DNA of 64,000 nt, taken from a virus. This document shows, one piece after another, positions 62,543 through 64,000 of this stretch (the first letter of the stretch is position 1; each line of letters begins with the position of its first letter). Under the pieces are notes generated by a model. The model was not told the DNA's origin. It saw only the letters and a list, made by a program, of their open reading frames with translations, and made no database searches. Both the position numbers and the translations under genes were made by a program. Location: IMG/VR virus record IMGVR_UViG_3300020159_001918, positions 8,201-72,200 of that record; one strand, written 5' to 3'.

Positions 62543-63390
62543 ATGGCAGCATATAAGGAACAGTATTATAATTTAGAAGAGGAGGAAATGCAAGCGCTTA
62601 TAGCCAAAGCTAAAGGCGGAGACGAAAGAGCTAAAAAAGAATTACTAAAAGTTTTTAATAATTTTCTTACAAAATATACAACACTATTATATTACGGTAA
62701 ATACAATCTCAATGACTACGACATAAGAAGGTTCACATCTTTATTTGTAAAGGATTCTTATGTAAGATTTGCTCTTATGAAAAATAAACTTAATCAACCT
62801 GGATACAAGCACGTAAATGAGGTGTTGCGACGGTATAGTATATATGGCAAAAAGATATGGGGAAGAAATAGATGTCAGACAAACCGTAGACATGACGTTC
62901 TTTCAATGTATAGGTAGGTATCAAAGAAAAGATTCCGAAAAAGGACCAATACCATTTAGCCGGGTTCTTGTATAGTTATTTTTTTTATCTTCTTAAAAAG
63001 AATGTTGATACATTCTTAATAGATCAATTAGGGAGAAAAAGTTTTCCTCTTTTAAGTGATGAATCAAGTGACGATGGAGAAGATGGAGCAAAGCAAGTTG
63101 GTTTTAAAGCTCCACCAGAAGAGAGAGAGATGGAAGAATTTCTTTCTACAGAAGACATTAATGAGTTTTGGGTACTTGGTGAAACATGCGCAGAACCGTT
63201 TATATTTCTTTCGGTACAGGAAAGGCAACTACTCAAGTGGCGCTACATAGATGATCTAAGATCTAGTGAGATAAGTAAAAAAATATCAGAACACCCTAAT
63301 ACGGTAAGAGAACATTTAGGTAAAATAAGGGCAAAGGTAACCAATCTTGTGATAGAATCTAAGATGCGAGATGAAATCAACTTCAGATAG
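62543..63390 (+). CDS. Sigma-70-like (ECF-type) factor (about 281 aa) requiring two successive CGG +1 events
   Basis: KAKGGDERAKKELLKVF...; CGGT 62831 leads to IVYMAKRYGEEIDVRQTVDMTFFQCIGRYQRKDSEKGPIPFS; CGGG 62961 leads to FLYSYFFYLLKKNVDTFLIDQLG...; C-terminal region-4-like HTH LKWRYIDDLRSSEISKKISEHPNTVREHLGKIRAKV. Confidence 0.8.
62831..62834 (+). other. CGG +1 recoding site 10 (CGA CGGT ATA)
   Basis: In-frame CGG. The +1 frame is open for exactly 42 codons up to the second site. Fourth base is T. Confidence 0.85.
62961..62964 (+). other. CGG +1 recoding site 11 (AGC CGGG TTC)
   Basis: In-frame (after site 10) CGG, followed in the unshifted frame by GTT CTT GTA TAG. The +1 frame is open to 63390. 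Fourth base is G. Confidence 0.85.
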
Positions 63391-63397
63391 GTAGACA

Positions 63398-63913
63398 ATG
63401 AACCTTCAGTCTTTACAGAAAATGAACGAATTGTTAAAAGATTTTATAGGTCCTCAGATAGAGGAGATTATTTCAGCATATACTACAGATAGCACCAATT
63501 CTTTATATTTCGTATCTATACCAGATGTAGATACGCTAGATTTAGGGATCCATGAAATGGCTTCATTGGTTGCAAGAACTTCAAATGTTTATGGAAGAGT
63601 AGCACGATTAGCTGGCATGGCTAGAGCTCAGTATAAATTAATAGAAGGAAGTTATAAGAAGGTTTATAAGGCAAATAGAGTTGGAAAGAATGAGGCTGAG
63701 CGTGAGGCAAACGCTTTAGAGGCCGCAGAGAGCGAATACACTGCCTTGATAACAGCAGAGGCCATAGTAAACTTAGCTGAGTCTATGGAGCTTGCAGCTA
63801 GGATAGCATCCGAATCTTCTAGGAAGTTAATTGATAAGATACAATCTATGCAGGTAGCTTCTGTCAGGGAAGAAAAAGGATATTTTAATGATAAAGATTT
63901 TAACACCTACTAA
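63398..63913 (+). CDS. Hypothetical helical protein
   Basis: 171-aa ORF, Ala/Glu-rich helical. Confidence 0.5.
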   Translation: MNLQSLQKMNELLKDFIGPQIEEIISAYTTDSTNSLYFVSIPDVDTLDLGIHEMASLVARTSNVYGRVARLAGMARAQYKLIEGSYKKVYKANRVGKNEAEREANALEAAESEYTALITAEAIVNLAESMELAARIASESSRKLIDKIQSMQVASVREEKGYFNDKDFNTY

Positions 63914-64000
63914 AAGTTTGAGGAATCACTTTGTACATAGCTCATTATAAATCAGTTAATTCAGCCACTGAATTTTATTCAAAAGTTAGAGACACCTTAG

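Noticed and set aside
1-64000. Interpreting the broken ORFs as random sequencing indels or pseudogenes
   Set aside because: All changes are +1, all sit at a phased CGG, none at homopolymers, and the flanking protein halves remain intact and domain-coherent. Raw reads should still be checked.
1-64000. Conventional slippery-site programmed frameshifting (prfB-like CUU UGA with SD, dnaX-like -1 heptamer, tail-chaperone -1)
   Set aside because: No shared heptamer, no adjacent stop at a fixed distance, no consistent upstream SD-like element, and direction is always +1.
1-64000. Group I/II introns or inteins interrupting these genes
   Set aside because: The halves abut or overlap within a few bases, leaving no room for an intervening element.
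1-64000. tRNA genes, especially an unusual tRNA that could decode CGGN
   Set aside because: I looked at the few intergenic gaps and saw no credible cloverleaf. Such a gene, if phage-encoded, is probably outside this window.
1-64000. CRISPR arrays, transposases/IS elements, integrases, retrons
   Set aside because: No repeat-spacer periodicity and no recognisable mobile-element proteins. Only a two-copy intragenic repeat was seen.

Overview
The window looks like one contiguous piece of an AT-rich, tailed (contractile, myovirus-like) dsDNA phage genome. Nearly all genes are on the + strand. Positions ~1-42.9 kb hold tail, baseplate, fibre, lysin and holin genes and end in a strong hairpin terminator. 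Positions ~43.0-64 kb hold nucleotide metabolism (class II RNR, ThyX, dCMP deaminase), replication (DnaB-like helicase, AEP-like primase, PolIII-alpha/DnaE), nucleases, glycosyltransferases and a sigma-like factor. The main observation is about CGG codons. Nine genes appear broken in the six-frame track, or in the DnaE case end early. In every one, reading resumes exactly one base further on (+1), and each break coincides with an in-frame CGG codon. There are 11 such events: CGGA x9, CGGT x1, CGGG x1. Scanning the other coding regions by eye, including ORFs of 3802 and 1911 codons, I found no in-phase CGG that is read as an ordinary triplet, although well over 100 out-of-phase CGG trinucleotides occur and never disturb the frame. 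The simplest reading is that CGG is not a triplet codon here but directs a +1 shift or quadruplet decoding (CGGN) across the whole phage. It is needed to make the tail lysin, a fibre protein, a RecB-like nuclease, a PD-(D/E)XK endonuclease and the sigma-like factor. No tRNA or CRISPR was recognised in the window.
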